Assembly (NCBI RefSeq): GCF_030144855.1
Contig: NC_082731.1
Coordinates: 28,892,001 to 28,956,000, forward strand
DNA: 64,000 nucleotides
Direction: 5' to 3'
From: Hypanus sabinus
Taxonomy: Eukaryota
The notes under the pieces were generated by a model. That model was given only the letters and a program-made list of their open reading frames with translations, was not told the DNA's origin and made no database searches. Within the stretch, counting starts at the first letter, position 1. Each line of letters starts with the position of its first letter. A program made the position numbers and the translations under genes. Below, piece by piece: positions 23,601 to 38,149 of the stretch.

Positions 23601-25290
23601 GGGCAACGGCAGTTCACCCTAGGCAAACAGGGGGTAAACTGGGGGCACGAAGGCTGCACAATATGTGAAGAGCAAGAGGATAAGACATGAAAGAATAGGA
23701 CCTATCAAGTGTGACAGTGGGAAAGTGTGTATGGAACTGGAGGAAATTGCAGGGGTATTTAATGAACACTTCAGTATTCACTACGGAAAAGGATCAAGGT
23801 GATTCTAGTGCTAACCTGAAGCAGAGTGAAAAGCTTGAGCATGTAGATATTAAGAAAGAGGATGTGCTGGAGTTTTTGGAAAGCATCAAGTTGGATAAGT
23901 CATCGGGACCGGATAAGATGTACCCCAGGCTGCTGTGGGTAGCAAGGGAGGAGATTGCTGAGCCTCTGGCGATGATCTTTAAATCATCAATGGGGACAGG
24001 AGATGCTCCGGAGGATTGGAGGTTTGCGGATGTTGTTCCTTTATTCAAGAGAGGGATTAGAGACAGCCCAGAAAATTATAGGCCAGTGAGTCTTACCTCA
24101 GTAGTTGGTAAGTTGATTGAGATGATCCTGAGAGGCAGCATTTATGAACATTTTGAGAGGTGTAATATGATTAGGAATAGCCAGCATGGCTTTGTCAAGG
24201 GCAGGTTGTGCCTTATGAGCCTGATTGTATTATTTTGAGGATGTAACTAAACACATTGATGAAGGAAGAGCAGTAGATGTAGTATATATGCATTTCAGCA
24301 AGGCATTTGATAAGGTACTCTCACTCTTTGTGATTTTTATAAGTGACCTGATGAGGAAGTGGAGGGATGGGTTAGTAAGTTTGCTGATGACACAAAGGTT
24401 GGAGGTGTTGTGGATAGTTTGGAGGGCTGTCAGAGGTTACAACAGGATATTGATAAGATGCAAAACAGGGCTAAGAAGTGGCAGATGGAGTTCAACCCAC
24501 ATAAGTGTGAGATGGTTCATTTTGATAGGTCAAATATGATGGCAGAATATAGTATTAATGGTAAGACTCTTGGCAGTGTGGAGGATCAGAGGGATCTTGG
24601 GGTCCACGTCCATAGGATGCTCAAAGCAAGCTGTGCAGGTTGATGCTGTGGTTAAGAAGGCATAAGGTGTATTGGCCTTCATTAATCATGGAACTGAATT
24701 TAGGAGCTGAGAGGTAATGTTGCAGCTATATAGGACCCTGGTAAGACCCCACTTGGAGTACTGTGCTCAGTTCTGGTTGCCTGACTACAGAAAGGATATG
24801 GAAAGCAAAGAAAGGGTGCAGAGGAGATTTACAGGATGTTGCCTGGATTGTGGAGCATGCCTCATGAGAATAGGTTGAGTGAACTTGGCCTTTTCTCCTT
24901 GGAGTGATGGAGGATGAGAGGTGACCTGATACAGGTGTATAAGATGATGAGAGGCATTGATCATGTGAATAGTCAGAGGCTTTTTCCGAGGGCTGAAATG
25001 GTAGCCACAAGAGGACAAAGATTTAAGGTGCTGGGGAGTATGTACAGAGGAGATGTCAAGAGTAAGTTTTTATTCAGAGAATGGTGAGTGCATGGAATGG
25101 GCTGCCGGCAACAATGGTGGAGGCAGATACGATAGGGTCTTTTAAAAGTCTTTTAGATGGGTACATGGAGCTTAGAAAAATAGAGGGCTACGGTGAAGTC
25201 TAATAATTTCTAAGGTAGGGACATGTGCAGTACAACTTTGTGGGCCGAAGGGCCAGTATTTTACTGTAGGTTTTCTATGTTTCTATGTAA
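20640..25290 (+). mobile_element. CR1 LINE(s), endonuclease to RT to 3' end, interrupted by a solo LTR
   Basis: SLRCVYFNTRSIVNKVDELRAWI...YDVVAITETW; KSSGPDKMYPRLL; YRPVSLTSVVGK; SKFADDTKVGGVVDS. Confidence 0.85.
23031..23658. mobile_element. Solo LTR inserted into CR1
   Basis: TG...CA termini, with CR1 sequence TTCTACAAG on the left resuming as TATGTGAAGAGC on the right. Near-TSD CAAG / CAA-. Confidence 0.65.
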
Positions 25291-28250
25291 AAACCTATTG
25301 AACTGTTTCTTAAATATATTTCGTAAGGAAGCCTCAACTGCTTCCCTGGGCAGAGAATTCCACAGATTCACCGCTCTCTGGGAAAAACAGTTTCTCCTCA
25401 TCTCCATCCTTAATCTTCTCCCCTGAATCTTGAGGCAAAGTTCCCTTGTTTTAGTCTCACCTACCAATGGAAACAACTTTCCTACTTCTATCTTATCTAT
25501 CCCTTTCAAAATTTTGTATGTTTCTATAAGATCCCCTCTCTCATTCTGCTGAACGCAAGAGACTATAGTCCCAGGCGACTCAACCTCTCCTCATAGGTTA
25601 ACTCCTTCATCCCTGGAATCAACCTGGTGAGCCTCCTCTTCTCCAAAGCCAGTATGTCCTTGCTCAAGTATGAAGACCAGATTTGCACACAATACTCCAG
25701 ATGCATCCTCACCAGTACCCTGCAGAGTTGCAGAATGACCTCCCTGCTCTTGAATTCAATTCCTCTATCAATGAAGGCCAACATTCTGTTTACCTTCTTA
25801 ATAACCTGTTGTACCTGCAAATCAACTTTTTGCGATTCATGAACAAGGACTCTTATGTCCCTCTGCACAACAGCATGCTGCAATCTTTCACCATTTAAAT
25901 AACAATCTGCTCTTCTATTATTCCTTGCAAAGTGGATGAACTCACAATTACCAACATTGTATTCCATCTGCCAGACCTTGGCTCACTGAATTAACCTATC
26001 TATATCCCTCTGCAGGCTTTCCACATCCACTGTACAATTTGCTTTTCCACTCAGTTTAGTGTCATCATCAAATTTTGCTATGATACACTCAGTCCCCTCT
26101 TCCAAATTATCAAGTAAATGGTATACAGCTGTGGGCCCAGCATTGATCCCTGCAGCACCCCACACACCACTGACTGCCAACCGGAGAAACACCCATTTAT
26201 ACCAACTCTCTGCCTTCTATTGGTTAACCAATACTCTTCCTCCTATTTATAAGTCTCTTGTGAGGCATTTTATAGAACAGCTTCTGGAAATCCAAGTACA
26301 TGAAATTCACCTGTTCTCTTCTATCCACTGCATTCATTATATCCTCAAAGAACTCCAGTAAGTTTGTAAACAGGGTCTGCCCTTTCTGAAACCATGCTGT
26401 GTCTGTCTAATGGAACAACTGTTTTCCAAATGTTGGGCTGAGTCAGCTAAAAAGTAAATCAAAAGTCCCCTAAAACTTATCCCTCCATCCATTTTCCTCA
26501 TATTCTTGTGGCTATCCAAATGTCTCTAATGTATTTGCTTCTACCATCATAGCAAGCAGCGCATTCCAAGTATCCACCACTCTGTGTAAAAAACTTACCC
26601 ATCACTTCCCCTTTTAACCTATGTACAAAGTGTACCTATGTCCTCTCACATTCAGTGCATGCCCTCAGGTATTAGACATTTCTACCGTGGGAAAAATATA
26701 CTCTGTTGACTCTATCTATGCCTCTCCTAATCAGACCTCCCCACAGCACACGGCACTGCAAACAAAACAACCCAAGTTTGTTTAGCCTCTCATGATAGCA
26801 CATTCCCTCAAAACCAGACAGCAACCTGTTAAACCTCTCAGCACCCTCTCTGAAGCCTCAAGACCCTTCCTATAGAGGGGTGACCAGAACTGTATTTATT
26901 CCTCCAGATGTGGCCTAACCAGAATTTCATAAAATTGCAACATAACCCCTTAACTATTGAACTCAGTGCCTTGACTAATAAAAGCAAGCATTCCATAAGC
27001 CTTCTTAAGCACCCTATCCATCTGTGTAGCCACTTTCAAGGAGCTATGAACTTGGATCCTGAGATCTCTTTGCTCAGCAGCACTATTAAGGGTCATGTGA
27101 GGTGTTGCACCTTGATTGGGCAAATGCAAGGAGACAGTACACTGTTATCCGGGTTAAACTCCATCTGTGATTTCTCTGCCACTATGTGCAACTGATCTAT
27201 TATAATGCTGTATTATTTAACAGTCTTCTACACTAGACACAACTTACTAACCCACCCGTCTACATTACCATTCAGGTCATTTAAACAGCAGAAGTACCAG
27301 CACAGATCCCTGTAGAACACCACTAATTACAGACCTCCAGCTCAAATATGTCCCTTAGACAACTACCCTCAGTTTTCTCTGCAAAAACTAGTTCTGAATT
27401 AAAACATCCAATTCGCCACAGACCCTATGCATCCTAATCTTCTTTATTAGCCTCCAATGAGAGACTTCATGAAACGCCTTACTAAAATCCATGTGGACAA
27501 CATCCACTGCTCTACCTTGATCAATCTGTCTTGTCACCTTGTTAAAAGAAACTCAGTCAAGTTGGTAAGGCACAATCTGCTCTGCACAAAGCCATGCTGT
27601 CTCCCACTAGTTAGGCCATGGGTTTCCAATTGCTAATATCTCTATCCATAAGAATTTTCTCCAGCAATTTTCCTACAACTGATGTGAGACTCCCTGTTTT
27701 ATAGTTCCCAGGATTTTCCCTTGTTCCCTTCTTAAATAGAGGTACAATATTAGCCTGTCTTCTGGGAACTCATCTGTGCCTAGCGAGGAAACAAAAAGGC
27801 CCAGCAATCTTGTCTCGTGCCTCCGTCAATAACCCGGGGTAAATCCCATCAGACCTGGGGATTTATCCACTGTAATACTCATTAGGAGATTCAATACTTC
27901 CTTCTCATTGAACACCCTAACATATCTATGCACTCAGCTCCAATCTCCTGCTCCTCAATGTCAATTTCCTTGAGAAATACTGAAGCAAAGTACTCATTAA
28001 GTACCTCACTCACCTTCTCCACATCCAAGCAAATGCTCCCCTCTTTATCCTTGAACAGCTCTACCTTCTCCCTAGTTATCCTCTTGTTCCTGATGTACGC
28101 AAAAAAATAACTGGGGATTCAGTTTAATCCTACTTGCCAAGGGATTTTCATGGCCTCTCCTGGCTTTCCTAAATAATTTCTTTACTTATTTTCTGGTTTC
28201 TTAATACACCTCAAGTGCTTCATTTGATTCTAAATTCCAAAGCTTTACAT
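25290..28250 (-). mobile_element. CR1 LINE fragments, at least two copies
   Basis: KFDDDTKLSGKAN, EYCVQIWS.YL.KDILALE, TRELCLKIQG...RRNCFSQRAVNLWNSLP on the minus strand. Confidence 0.75.
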
Positions 28251-29558
28251 TAGTGGTTACCAACCTTTTTAAGCCCAAGAACCCCTACCTCGGTCTTAGT
28301 GAAAGGCAAGATCTACCTACTGAATCATTTAGAGAAAAAACAGCTCAGATTGTACTTCCAACTTGAGGTCTTTTATTTGGGATAATTGGATTTGTATTAC
28401 AGAAAATGCTTCTGTCAAACTTTCAAGTTAATTCAACCAAGAAAACACTAACTAGCATATCAAACAGGCTATAGCTGTTTTTCTTTAAGAATATTACAAT
28501 ACTTCATACCTTTAATTCTAAGTTTCATTATTTAATTTTATTTCAACATGAAAAATAGATGAATAAAAATTGACTGTTACACTCAGTGTGGTGACTGGGG
28601 CTGAAAACTTTTTGCTAGTTTCCATAAATTTGGTTCATAACTACAGACAGCCAGTCTGAGACAGTCTGTGAGGCGTCTGTCAGTAATACAGCTCCTGTAC
28701 TTAGATTTAATAAATTGACCCAAAGTAGGCACTGATTTTTAGTGCACATGTGTTGTGATGAGGAAACTTTTCCCTTCTTACAAGCCCCCAAAATTCACCG
28801 TCCCTTGATCTTGCTTTAAGCTTGATGTCATTTTGCAAATCAATCATTTGTATTTCAGTATCACTTGGCACACCAAATAGTCGCTGGAATTTGGCTGCTA
28901 TCTGTTCTATATTGATTAGCAGAAATGGGTTTGAAATAAATGCAGCAATATTTTTCATGACATTTAGCTCCCAAAACGCTGATTGAACTCTATTGCCAGT
29001 TTGTCTAGATAAGCACAGTACTACTCAGGGTGAAAACCATTTTTTTCCTTGATGGCCTGTAACATTTCTGGAAGTTGGGAAAGTGTGTCAGCCTCCCATT
29101 CTTTAAATTTGAAATCCAAGTACCGAGCATGGCCTTAAACACATTTACTGTGCTTATCTTGTGGGGCAGGTGTCGGTCTTTTCCCATGAGCTCATTGTTA
29201 AGTGCATTTAATTTAGTTGTTAGATCTGTCAGATACCCTAAATCCAGTAGCCAAGCATCATCTGACAGTTCCTCGTGCTCCTCATTTCTTGTCGACAGAA
29301 AAGTCTTTATCTCAGGTGCACCGGGCAGAAAGAACGGAAGTAAAACCCCGCAACCCCTGAAACAATCCCTCTTTACAAACAGCTTTCCGTAGTGGGAGTA
29401 TTGCTATATTACCATTATCCTAATTAGTATTACTTATTTTTATAATGCTTGCATTACAACAGTATTTGTGTATTTATTTTTCTTTTTAGTTTCGGGATCT
29501 ACTGGGAAAATCTTAAAGGTTGACTGGTCAATTGCAATCGACTGGTTGGCGACCACTA
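28251..29558 (-). mobile_element. Internally deleted hAT (Charlie/SPIN-like) transposon with transposase remnant
   Basis: TIRs TAGTGGTTACCAACC / GGTTGGCGACCACTA (13/15). Perfect 8-bp TSD CTTTACAT at 28243-28250 and 29559-29566. Peptides FISNPF...EIQMIDLQNDIKLK...EFWGLV...KFP and VNVFKAMLGTWISNLKNGRLTHFP resemble the GTF2IRD2/SPIN-type transposase C-terminus. Confidence 0.88.
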
Positions 29559-29599
29559 CTTTACATGCTTTTCTCTTTTGACTAAATTCATCAGCTCTC

Positions 29600-31320
29600 T
29601 GGACATCCAAAGTTCTCTTATCTTTCTATCTCTGTCTTTCCTTCTAACAGGAACATTCCTTTCTTGTACTCTGTGCAATTGACCTTTACACCCCTTCCAA
29701 CATGTCTGATGTGGACTTGCCAGAAAAAAGGTTTTCCCAAATAACTCTTCTTAGTTCCTGCCTCTTGCCCTTGTAATTTGACCTAATCTAATTTAAGAAT
29801 ATCCCGCAATGACCATACCTGTCCTTATCTATAGTTAAGGTGTTTTAGTCACTGTTCCCTACTGCTCATCCACTGAGAGGTTGATCACCTGGCCAGGTTC
29901 ATTACCCAACTCCAGGTCCAGTACAGCTCCTCTTCTTGTTGGACCATCTACATATTGATTTAAGGAACCCTCGTGGACACATTTAACAAATTCTGCCCCA
30001 TCTAAACCCCTTGCACCAAGAAGTTTCCAGTTTATATTTGGGAAGCTGAAATCCCTCATGCTGCAACCCTATTACTTTTACACATTTCCCTAATTTGTTC
30101 CTCAATGTTCCGTGTGCTATTGGGGGTCTGTAGTACCATCCCATCAGTGTGATTACATTTTTCCTATTATAGAATGCCACCAAAATGGTCCCAGTTTCTG
30201 AACCCTCTATTATGTTTCCCCTCAGTGCAGCTGTGATAGTGTCCCTGTTTAGTAGTGTACATCCACCACCCCGCTTTTACTTTATCCTCTATCTTTTCTG
30301 AAACTTTGAAAACCTGATATATTAGTCACCCATTCCTGCCCCTCTCTCAGCCAACTCTCTGTAATGGCTGCTACATCATCGTTCCATGTATTCATCCATG
30401 GTCTAACTTCATCCCCTTTATCCGTAATACTCCCAGCATTAAAACACACACACTTCCAACTATCTGTCCTATTACACCGGGGTTATTTTGATTTTGCTTC
30501 TGAATACTTTCCCTGACATTTACCTTCCTGTTCAATACTTCAGTTACTGAACTGGTGCTTAGTTTCTCAGCCCCTGAAAACCTAGTTTTAACCCTCTTGA
30601 GTAACATTAGCAAACCCCCGAGCCAGGATATTCATCTCCTTCCAGTTCAGGTGGAACTTGTCTCTCTTATACAGGTCAGCACTTCCCCAGAAAAGGTCCC
30701 AGTGATCCAAGAACTTTAAACCCTGCCCCACGTACCATCTCTCCAGCCACTCATTCATATGTGCCATCATCCCATTCTTATCTGCACTAGCCCGTGACAT
30801 CAGGAGTAATCTGGAGATTAATATCTTGGAGGTCCTTCTCTTCAGCCTCTTTCCTAACTCTACGTACTAACTTTTGCCAGTGTCTTTGGTGTCAATATGC
30901 ATCAGAACTTCAGGCTATTCACCCTCCCTTTGAGAATATCCTGCAGTCTCTCTGATATATCCTGGACCCTAGCTCCTGGGAGGTAACTTAGCATCCTGGT
31001 GTCACTTTTGTGGCCACAGAATCTCCTGTCTAACCCCTTAACTATCAAGTCCCATATCAATACCGTACTGCCTGACTTCATCCTTCCCTGCTGAGCCTCA
31101 GAGCCGGCCACATTGCCACTAGCCTGGCTGTTAGTTGTTGCTGAGGCCAATGCCCACAGGGGAACCTTGCAATTACTGCTTAATCCCCTTACCTCTCCTG
31201 GTGGTCACCCATCTACTGTGTGAAGCCTGTTCTCTGGGTGTGACTCCCTCATCAATAGTCTCATCTAAAATGAATTCAGCCTCCTGGATGATCCTGAGTA
31301 CATCCAACTCCAGCTCCAGT
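29600..31320 (-). mobile_element. CR1 LINE 5' and endonuclease fragment
   Basis: DFSFPNINW...GLDGAEFVKCVHEGSLNQYVDGPTRRGAVLDL; LPGARVQDISERLQDILKG (CR1 ORF1 esterase-like). Confidence 0.7.
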
Positions 31321-33700
31321 GGAGTATTATACTAGGGTAAAGAGAATTGCAGAGTCATGAGTGAGGAGCCGGCCAACGTTGAATGGAAGGGGACACTAAC
31401 AGAGATGATGACAGAGAAGCAATGGCAAGTATTCTGGAGGCAGGATGACATTCCCATGGCTGACAAGGGAAGTCAAAGCCAACATAAAAGCAAAAGAAAG
31501 GGCATATAAGAGAGTAACAACTAGTGGGAAGTGAGAGGATTGGGATGCTTTTCAACAGCAACAGAAATCAACTAAAAAACCTGTAAGGAGTGAAAAAGAT
31601 TAAATATGAAGGTAAGCTAGTCAATAATATCAAAGGGGAAACCAAAAGATTTTTCAGACATGTAGGCCTCTGTTAGTCTCGATAGACAATGGATTTGCAA
31701 GGTTGGAAAGTTTCCAGGGCGCAAGCCTGGGCAATGTTTTTTAATGGAAGACCAGCCGTTGCCCGAGCTGCAAGTCTCCCCTCTCCTCAACACTGCTGTT
31801 GTCCAAGGGAAGGGCATTAGGACCCATACAGCTTGGCACCGGTGCTGTTGCAGAGCAATGTGTGGTTAAGTGCCTTGCTCAAGGACACGCACACATAGCC
31901 TCAGCTGAGGCTCAAACTAGCAACCTTCAGATCACTAGATGAACGCTTTAACCACTTGGCCACGTGCCAACTTTCAGATATATAAAGTGTAAAAGTGAGG
32001 CTGAGTAGATATTGGATTGCTGGAAAGTAACACCAGAGAAGTAGTAATGGGGGACAAGGGAATGGTGGATGGACTGAATAAATATTTTGCATCAGCCTTC
32101 ATTGTGGAATATGCGAGCTGTATGCCAGGGGTTTGTGACTGACAGGGCATAAGGTAGAAGGTGTTTGGGAAGCTGAAAGGTCTGAAGGTAATTAAGCCAC
32201 CTGGACTAGATGTGCTACACCCTAGATTTCTGAAAGAGGTGTTTAAGAGTTTGTGGAGATGTTAGCATGATTTTTCAATAATCACTAGATTCTGACATGG
32301 TTCTGGAGGACTGGAAAGTTGCAAATGTCACTCCACTCTTCAAGAAGGGAGAGAGGCAGAAGAAAGGATATTATATGTCAGTTGGCCTGGCCTGAGTGAC
32401 TGGGAAGATATTGGAGTTGATTGTCGAGAATGAAGTTTCAGGGTCCTTGGAGGCACATGATAAAATGGTCAAGTCAGCATGGATTCCTTCTGGGAAATTC
32501 TTCTTTGACAAATCCAGTGGAATTCTTTGAGGAGGTAACAAGCAGGATAGACAAAGGAGAGCCAGTGGATATTGTGTGCTTGGATTTTTAAAAGGCCTTT
32601 GACAAGATGCTACACATGAGGTTGCTTAGCAAGAGAAGAGTCATGGTACTACAGGAAAGATGCTAGCACGGACAGAGCATTGGCTGACTGGCAGGGGGCA
32701 AAGAGTGGGAATAAAGGGAGACTTTTCTATTTGGGTGCCAGTGACTAATGGTGTTCCACAGGGACACCATTAGTAACATCAGTATTGGGCCCACTTGTTT
32801 TTGCATTGTGCCAATGATTTGGACGACAGAATTGATGGGTTTTTGATCAAGTTTGCGGACAATACAAAGGTAGGTGGAGGGGCAGGTAGTGTTGAGGAAG
32901 CAGGTAGGCTGCAGGACTTGGTCAGATTAGGAGAATGGGCAAAGAAATGGCAGATGGAATATATTGTTGGGAAGTGTATAGTCTTACACCTTGTCAGAAG
33001 GAATAAAGGCACAGGCTATTTGCTAAATGAAGAGAAAACTCGAAAATCCAAGCTGCAAAGGGACTTAGGAGTTCTTGTGCAGAAGTTCCTAAATTTTAAC
33101 TTGTAGGTTGAGTTAATGGTAAGGAAAGCAAATGCAATGTTACCATTCATTTCAGAGGACTAGAATATAAAAAAACAAGGATGTAATTCTGGGCTTTTAT
33201 AAGGCATTGGTGTAGCCTCACTTGGAGTATTGAGAACAGCTTTGGGCCCCTTATCCAAGTAAGGATGTGTTAACATTGGACAGAGTTCAAAGGAGGTTCA
33301 TGAAAATAACTCTGAACTCTGGGCCTGTGCTCATTGGAATTTAGAAGAATGAAGGGGATCTCATTGAAACCGTTCAAATGCTGAAAGGCCAAGGACCAGA
33401 GAGCACAACGTCACAATAGAGGGGCATCCATTAAGAGCGGAGAAAAGGAACAATTTTGTTAGCCTAAGGGTGGTGAATCTCTGAAACTTGTCACATGCAG
33501 CTGTGGAAGACAGTATTTAAAATGGATGTTGATAAATTCTTAATGTCAGGGCATGTAAGATTATGGGGAGAAGGCAAGAAAATGGGGTTGAGAGGAAAAT
33601 TGATCAGCCATGATCAAATGGCGGAGCAGACTTGATCAGCTGAATGGCCTAATTCTGCTCCAATAACTTATGGTCTATACGATTCACTGAAAGTGGAGTC
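31320..33700 (+). mobile_element. CR1 LINE RT to 3' end, degenerate
   Basis: IKFADNTKVGGGAGSVEEAGRLQ, HLEY..QLWAP, 3' tail GGCTGAATGGCCTAATTCTGCTCC. Confidence 0.7.
31700..31970 (-). mobile_element. tRNA-headed V-SINE-like element (copy 1)
   Basis: Minus-strand head GGCACGTGGCCAAGTGGTTAAG and V-domain-like GTGTCCTTGAGCAAGGCACTTAACC. A homologous copy lies at ~61.47-61.66 kb. Confidence 0.6.
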
Positions 33701-33989
33701 ACAGGTAGACAGAGTGAGATGGTATGTTTTCTTGATACTGCACTTGTCTATAAAATCCCTAACAATCTCTAACTCCCTCAGCTCTGGTGAAAAGCTCTGA
33801 CTTGCAGGAGATTGAGTGGTGATTTTATAGAGATGCCTAAAATGAAGAGGGACATGGAAAGGAAAAGTTCCCTCAAAATGCTGTCAAAGTGACTAGCTTG
33901 GATGGGCATCTTGGTTGGCATTGACCAGTTGGGCAGAAGGCCCTGCTACACCTGGTGACCCAGTGATGTCTGTCTCAGGGGCAACATTG

Positions 33990-35220
33990 GGTTGTCTTTC
34001 AGAAAGGTGAACCCTCACAAGGTGTCAGGCCCAGATGGAGTACCTGGTAAGGATCAGAAAATTTACGCCAATAAACTGGCAAATATATTCAAAGATATTT
34101 TCAATCTCTGACTGCTATGTTTGGAAGTTCCCACCTGCTTCAAAGGAGCAACACTTATATCAGTGCCCAAGAAGAGTAGTGTGAGCTGCCTTATGACTGT
34201 CATCCAACAGCACTCACCTCAACAATGAGGAAATGATTTGAGAGATTGGTCATGGCCAGAATCAACTCCTGTCTCAGCAAGGATCTGGATCCATTGCAAT
34301 TTACCAATTGCTACAATAGGTCTACAGCAGATGCGATCTCAATGGCTCTCCACACAGCCTTGGATCACCTGGACAATACAAATAACTATGTCAGGATGGT
34401 GTTCATTAACTATGACTCAGCATTAATACCATCATTAGTCCAGTTCTGAACAAAAAGCTCCAGAACCTGGGCCTCTGTACTTCCATCTGCAACTGGATCC
34501 TTGATTTCATAACCAGCAATCCAGTAACTGTGTGGATTGGTCATAAGATCTTCCACTTGCTGATGATCAACACTGGTACATGCCAGGGATGTGTGCTTAA
34601 CCCACTGCTCGACTCTCTCTACACCCATGACTGTGTGCTTAGACATAGCTCAGATGCCATCTATAAATTTACTGATGATACAGCCATTGTTGGCAGAACC
34701 TTAGATGGCGATGAGAGGGCAGACAGGAGTTAGATATACCGCTAGTTGGATGGTGTTGCAGCAACAACCTCGCACTCAAGAGCTGATTGTGAACCTCAGA
34801 ATGGGTAAGATGAGGGAACATGAACTAAATCTCATACTCAGAAGCAGAGAGAGTGAGCAATTTCAAGTTCCTGGGTGTCCTGGTTCCTGGATCTCTAAGA
34901 ATCTAACTTGGTCCCAACGTATTGATGCAGCAATAAAGAAGTCAAGACAGTGGCTATGTTTCATTTGGAGTTTGAGAAGATTTGGTTTTGTCATCTAAAA
35001 CATGTGAAAACTTCTACAGATGTACTGTGGACAGCATTCCGACAGATTTCATCACTGTCTGTTGTGGGTGTCTATGGCAAAGGATCAAAGCAAGCTACAG
35101 AAAGTTGTAAAATTAGTCAGCTCCATCACGGGTACTAGCCTCCATAATATCCAAGACATCTTCAAGGAGCAATCCATCAAAGGACCTCAGACATATGCTG
35201 GTGATATTAAATCTGATTCT
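33990..35220 (+). mobile_element. Rex1/Babar-like LINE RT region
   Basis: KVSGPDGVPG, LDPLQF, NRSTADAISMALHTALDHLD, QGCVLNPLL.SLYTHDCV, KFTDDT. Confidence 0.8.
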
Positions 35221-38149
35221 GATTCTGTTTGCATGATCCTTGGCTCTCTGATTCTACAAACACGTGCAATTTACAGTAGCCAATTAACCCACAAACAAAC
35301 AAGCATGTATTTGGGAAGTGGAAGGAAGACATATTTCAGTGTGGCGACGTTATTTGAAGAGTTCTTGCAGCCTCAAGAACTCGTGATGCTCCGGAATCCT
35401 CCTCTACACTGTTTCACCCACACCATCCAGCAGTGTCTCTGTGCCTGGCTGTTACTCTTGACACCCAGAGACTTGGTGCTGTTACAGCAGCCAGTTTAAC
35501 TGAAAGCACAATATCTGGAGGTGTTCCTCTGACCCCTAGTGGTTGCAGCTATTATTTCAGGGTAACAATTGTCAATTCAAATTGGCTTCAGAAAAATTGG
35601 CGTCTGAATTCCAACAGGAAGAATGAAATCATCACTAAGGGACAAATAACTGCATGTGTTGCAAATAAGATAAAGGCTACTAAAATTACAGGACAGGCAG
35701 TATCTGTGGATAGAGAAACAAACTAATTTCTCAAGCCTTTCACCAGGGCTGAGGAAATTAGATATTTTAAGGTTGAAAACTAAGTATAGTATCATAAAAC
35801 ATTGCTATCTCACTCTGACCTCCTCTCTCTGTGATGACCAAGAGACCATGGCACTGCTGCTTCATCTCCCTTAAAATTTGCTTGTCAGAAATAAACAATT
35901 TCCCTGTGGTCTCGTTGGGGTTGGAGAGTTTGGAAAGAAGGACGTGTATGAGAGGATATGGATAGATCAGGATGAGAGAGAAAAGGGGACAAAGGAGGAG
36001 AAGTTGACCTGAAATTGGTGAATTCAATATTGTAGATAACTCAATTGGAATATGAGGCTCTATTTCTCCAGCTTGCTTTCAGCCTCACCATGACACTAAA
36101 TGTCACCAAGATCAGACAGCTTGCTATGGCAATGGGAAAGGGAATTAAAATGACTTCTAAGTGGGAGCTATAGATGTACATGGTGCCTGAAGTGCAGATG
36201 TTTCCCAAGGTGGTTCCCTTGTTGGCAGCTGGGTCACCTTGAGATCAGTGAGTTCAATCATCAACAATGGATGAGACGTGAAGGCTAAAGGCTAGTGACA
36301 TGAAAGAAAAGGAACTATCACCCAGTTTTGTCCGAGGGAGATGGAAAGTTGTTGGAAATGGAGATTTCGATCAGGTCTCTATTAACTACAGCATGAGATC
36401 GAGGTGGAAGTTACTGCTCCTTCTGATAGGACGACACTTCAGATGTCCTGCATTGGAAGGCCACCTCAAGAACAGATGCCACAGAGATGGAGAAACTGAG
36501 AGGAAGGAATGGCATCCTTACATGAAAGAATTTGATGGGAAGGTTAGTCCTGGTAGCCATGGAAATTAGTGGGCTTGCAGTAGTTGTAAGTGGACCTGGA
36601 AATTGCTAATGTTTTTCTTTGTATACGGGCAATTGGGATTATTCAGCAAGTTATTGGTCAGTGAGCCTCACATCAAATGTAGGGAAATGATGGGAAAAAA
36701 TTCTCTCACATTTGAGTGCCCATCAGCTTGGCTTTGTGCATCAGAATTCCTGCATTCTGAACACCAGCTATTTTCTTAAGTCTCATCTCTTTACAATTCT
36801 GCTTGTTCTCTGTCCATGCTTGGAACAAAACTCTCATGAGAACAGGAGCAGAGTGGTCTGGAGAAAGCTGAAGCTGAACACAGTAATCAGGTTATTAATG
36901 AGTAAGTCCTATTTTAGAGCACCACAGGCGACAGCTTCCACTGCCATAACAATGACTGACAGTCAGCTGATCAGGCCACAGTGGGAAGAACAAGGATCTG
37001 ACAAACCTTCTGGCTAGGCATCTCTCTTTCATTTCCTAGTAATCATATAAATTTACCTCCCTCCCTGTCTCTGGCTATGCACATATGATTTATATTCCTC
37101 TATAAGCTGCCTCTAAAATCTTTGCAATTGGTGTCTAACATTGCTGACTAAATGAAGTGACATGAAGCAGTTGTCAACAGCAGGATGGCAAATACAAGAC
37201 ATCTGTATTTCACCATTTCTCTGTGTTTTATCAGCTGACTGAAATCTTGGCTAAGAATGTGTGTTTTATAGAACAGCTTTTCAGAGGTGGGAGAAACAGA
37301 GACATGGACTCATTCTGGGAGAAGACTCCAGTGCTGACGGCCTAAGTGGTTGAAACTATGGCTGTAGTGGAGGGTGTAGGAGATGCAGGAATGAACAAGG
37401 GATCTGAGTTGAGAGAACAGTTGCAGTAAAAAGAGAACTTGTACTTTTGCAACATCTTTGTCAATCTCAGGACACTGATAGTCAAACATAGTTGTTTTTT
37501 TTTCTGAAGACTCTTGAAAGACCAGAGCAAGATGGGCTCACACTTTCCCCTCCCTAAATGGCAGAGAGGACCTGATAGATTATAACAATTCAGTGGTTTC
37601 ACATAATCTTTTCTCTCAACTCATGATACGTGAATTCCAGGTTTCTTTAACGTACTCAAGCAAATTATTCTCAGCTATGCTGGTTTTTTAGTCTGTTTCT
37701 CTGGATCACTTTGCCACCCTCTCTATAACTGTTGCAAAGTCAGAACAACAGTAATACAAAAAAAGTTATTCACAGCAATTTCAAATCAACTGGCAAAACA
37801 TACAACAGTGAACGGTTATTTTCAGCCTAATGAACACAGAGACACTGTGTACAAAGTCACCCACTGGGGAGGAGTTAACATACACACAATGAAGGATCAG
37901 TCCAGGTACACTGTGAAAGTCTGCAGTACCCTAGCAAGTTGCACAGAATCCCCTCACTTGACCTGATGGAGAGTGTCCTGAGGAAGAAGGCCAAGAACTG
38001 CAAAGCTCTCAGGGAATGGAGGCACAAAACCTGTTTGTAATCCTGACAAATCAATAAGCAACACACACAAAAGGCTGGAGGAACTCAGCAGGTCAGGTCC
38101 ATTGATGCTGCCAGGTACTCACTACTCTCAGTGTAAAGGTAACTCTCAG

